A stretch of 40,277 nt of DNA from Candidatus Hermodarchaeota archaeon (GTDB lineage Archaea > Asgardarchaeota > Hermodarchaeia > Hermodarchaeales > Hermodarchaeaceae). Below the pieces are notes generated by a model. That model made no database searches. It was not told where the DNA came from and saw only the letters and a list, made by a program, of their open reading frames with translations. Within the stretch, counting starts at the first letter, position 1, and each line of letters begins with the position of its first letter. The stretch lies in NCBI GenBank assembly GCA_016839805.1, contig JAEOTO010000041.1:1-40277 (forward strand), given 5' to 3'. A program made the position numbers and the translations under genes. Below are positions 39,764-40,277 of the stretch, piece after piece.

Positions 39764-40277
39764 TTAGAAGCACCGGTGAATAACGCCAGCACCCTGCTCC
39801 ATGTACTCTTTCTTGGTCACCCACTTGCGCTGCAACTAGGTCTTCTAATTCCATATACGCTGAAAGGTTTTGAGTGACGCAAGAATTGAGCCCCCGATCC
39901 ACACCGAATACATGCGCTTTCACCCGCATACCATCAAGGTAGGCATCTGGTGGCGCAACAATCTTAACTTCGACGTTTTCGGGGATTTGTTCGATGATTT
40001 CTTTGCGGAGGCGTTCTTTGAGTCCGGGGAACATGGTGGTGCCGCCGGAGAGGACGATGTTGGCGTAGAGGTCGCGTCGGAGGTCGACGTCGCATTTGCG
40101 GACGGCTTCGACGATGGCGTCGTCGAGGGGTTGGGCTTCGACGCCGATGGCGCCTGGATTGAACAAGACTTCGGGGCCTTGGAATCGTTCGGCGCCGACG
40201 GTGAGGGTGGAGCCGTCGGGGAGCATGTATTTCTTTTCCATGCCGGCGACTTTTTCGGCGAGTTTAGTTTCTTTCTC
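39764..40277 (-). CDS. Asgard actin (Lokiactin-type), 5'-partial, spliced: exons 40277-39947, 39918-39855, 39824-39764
   Basis: YMLPDG...GAERF..PEVLFNP...CDVDLRRDLYANIVLSGGTTMFPG...KIVAPP; after removing two BHB introns it continues [41 protein letters not shown]. Confidence 0.95.
39825..39854 (-). other. 30-nt BHB intron 2 in actin mRNA
   Basis: UUCA/UGGG exon helix, GCGU/GCGC central helix, AUA and AAG bulges, AAUUAG/CUAGUU hairpin; splicing gives CGU AU|G UGG; contains an in-frame UAG. Confidence 0.88.
39919..39946 (-). other. 28-nt BHB intron 1 in actin mRNA
   Basis: UGCGC/GCGCA exon helix, CACC/GGUG central helix, AGA and AAA 3-nt bulges, internal hairpin; splicing gives CCA G|AG CGC. 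Confidence 0.9.

Noticed and set aside
35296-39824. CRISPR array, integron attC array or DGR template/variable repeats
   Set aside because: The repeats are actin coding sequence with kb-scale spacers and third-position, not adenine-specific, differences. No cas, integron integrase or reverse transcriptase gene is in the window.
39825-39946. Skipping of exon 2 by pairing the 5' half of BHB1 with the 3' half of BHB2
   Set aside because: CACC cannot pair with GCGC, and the product would be out of frame.
39753-40241. ORF-track 162-aa actin with a novel C-terminal tail, or an actin pseudogene
   Set aside because: The tail is read-through of unspliced intron 1. The true C-terminus is intact in another frame and both inserts are precise BHB motifs, which random decay would not produce.

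Overview
Archaeal chromosomal window, very likely from an Asgard archaeon (it carries a Lokiactin-type actin and a eukaryote-like topoisomerase IB). Most of it is ordinary metabolic, redox and Fe-S genes. The main result is at the right end. The actin gene (minus strand, 5' end outside the window) is interrupted by two tiny introns, 28 nt (39919-39946) and 30 nt (39825-39854). Each folds into a canonical bulge-helix-bulge (BHB) motif, and cutting at the standard endonuclease positions restores the conserved actin C-terminus ([44 protein letters not shown]). A free-standing double-motif LAGLIDADG endonuclease-like gene lies directly downstream. Beyond it are three displaced copies of the last actin exon plus terminator, differing mostly at synonymous sites and separated by small gene cassettes. 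Together this suggests tRNA-type splicing of an actin mRNA coupled to a repeatedly invaded homing/integration hotspot. All structure calls were made by hand and need RNA-level confirmation.
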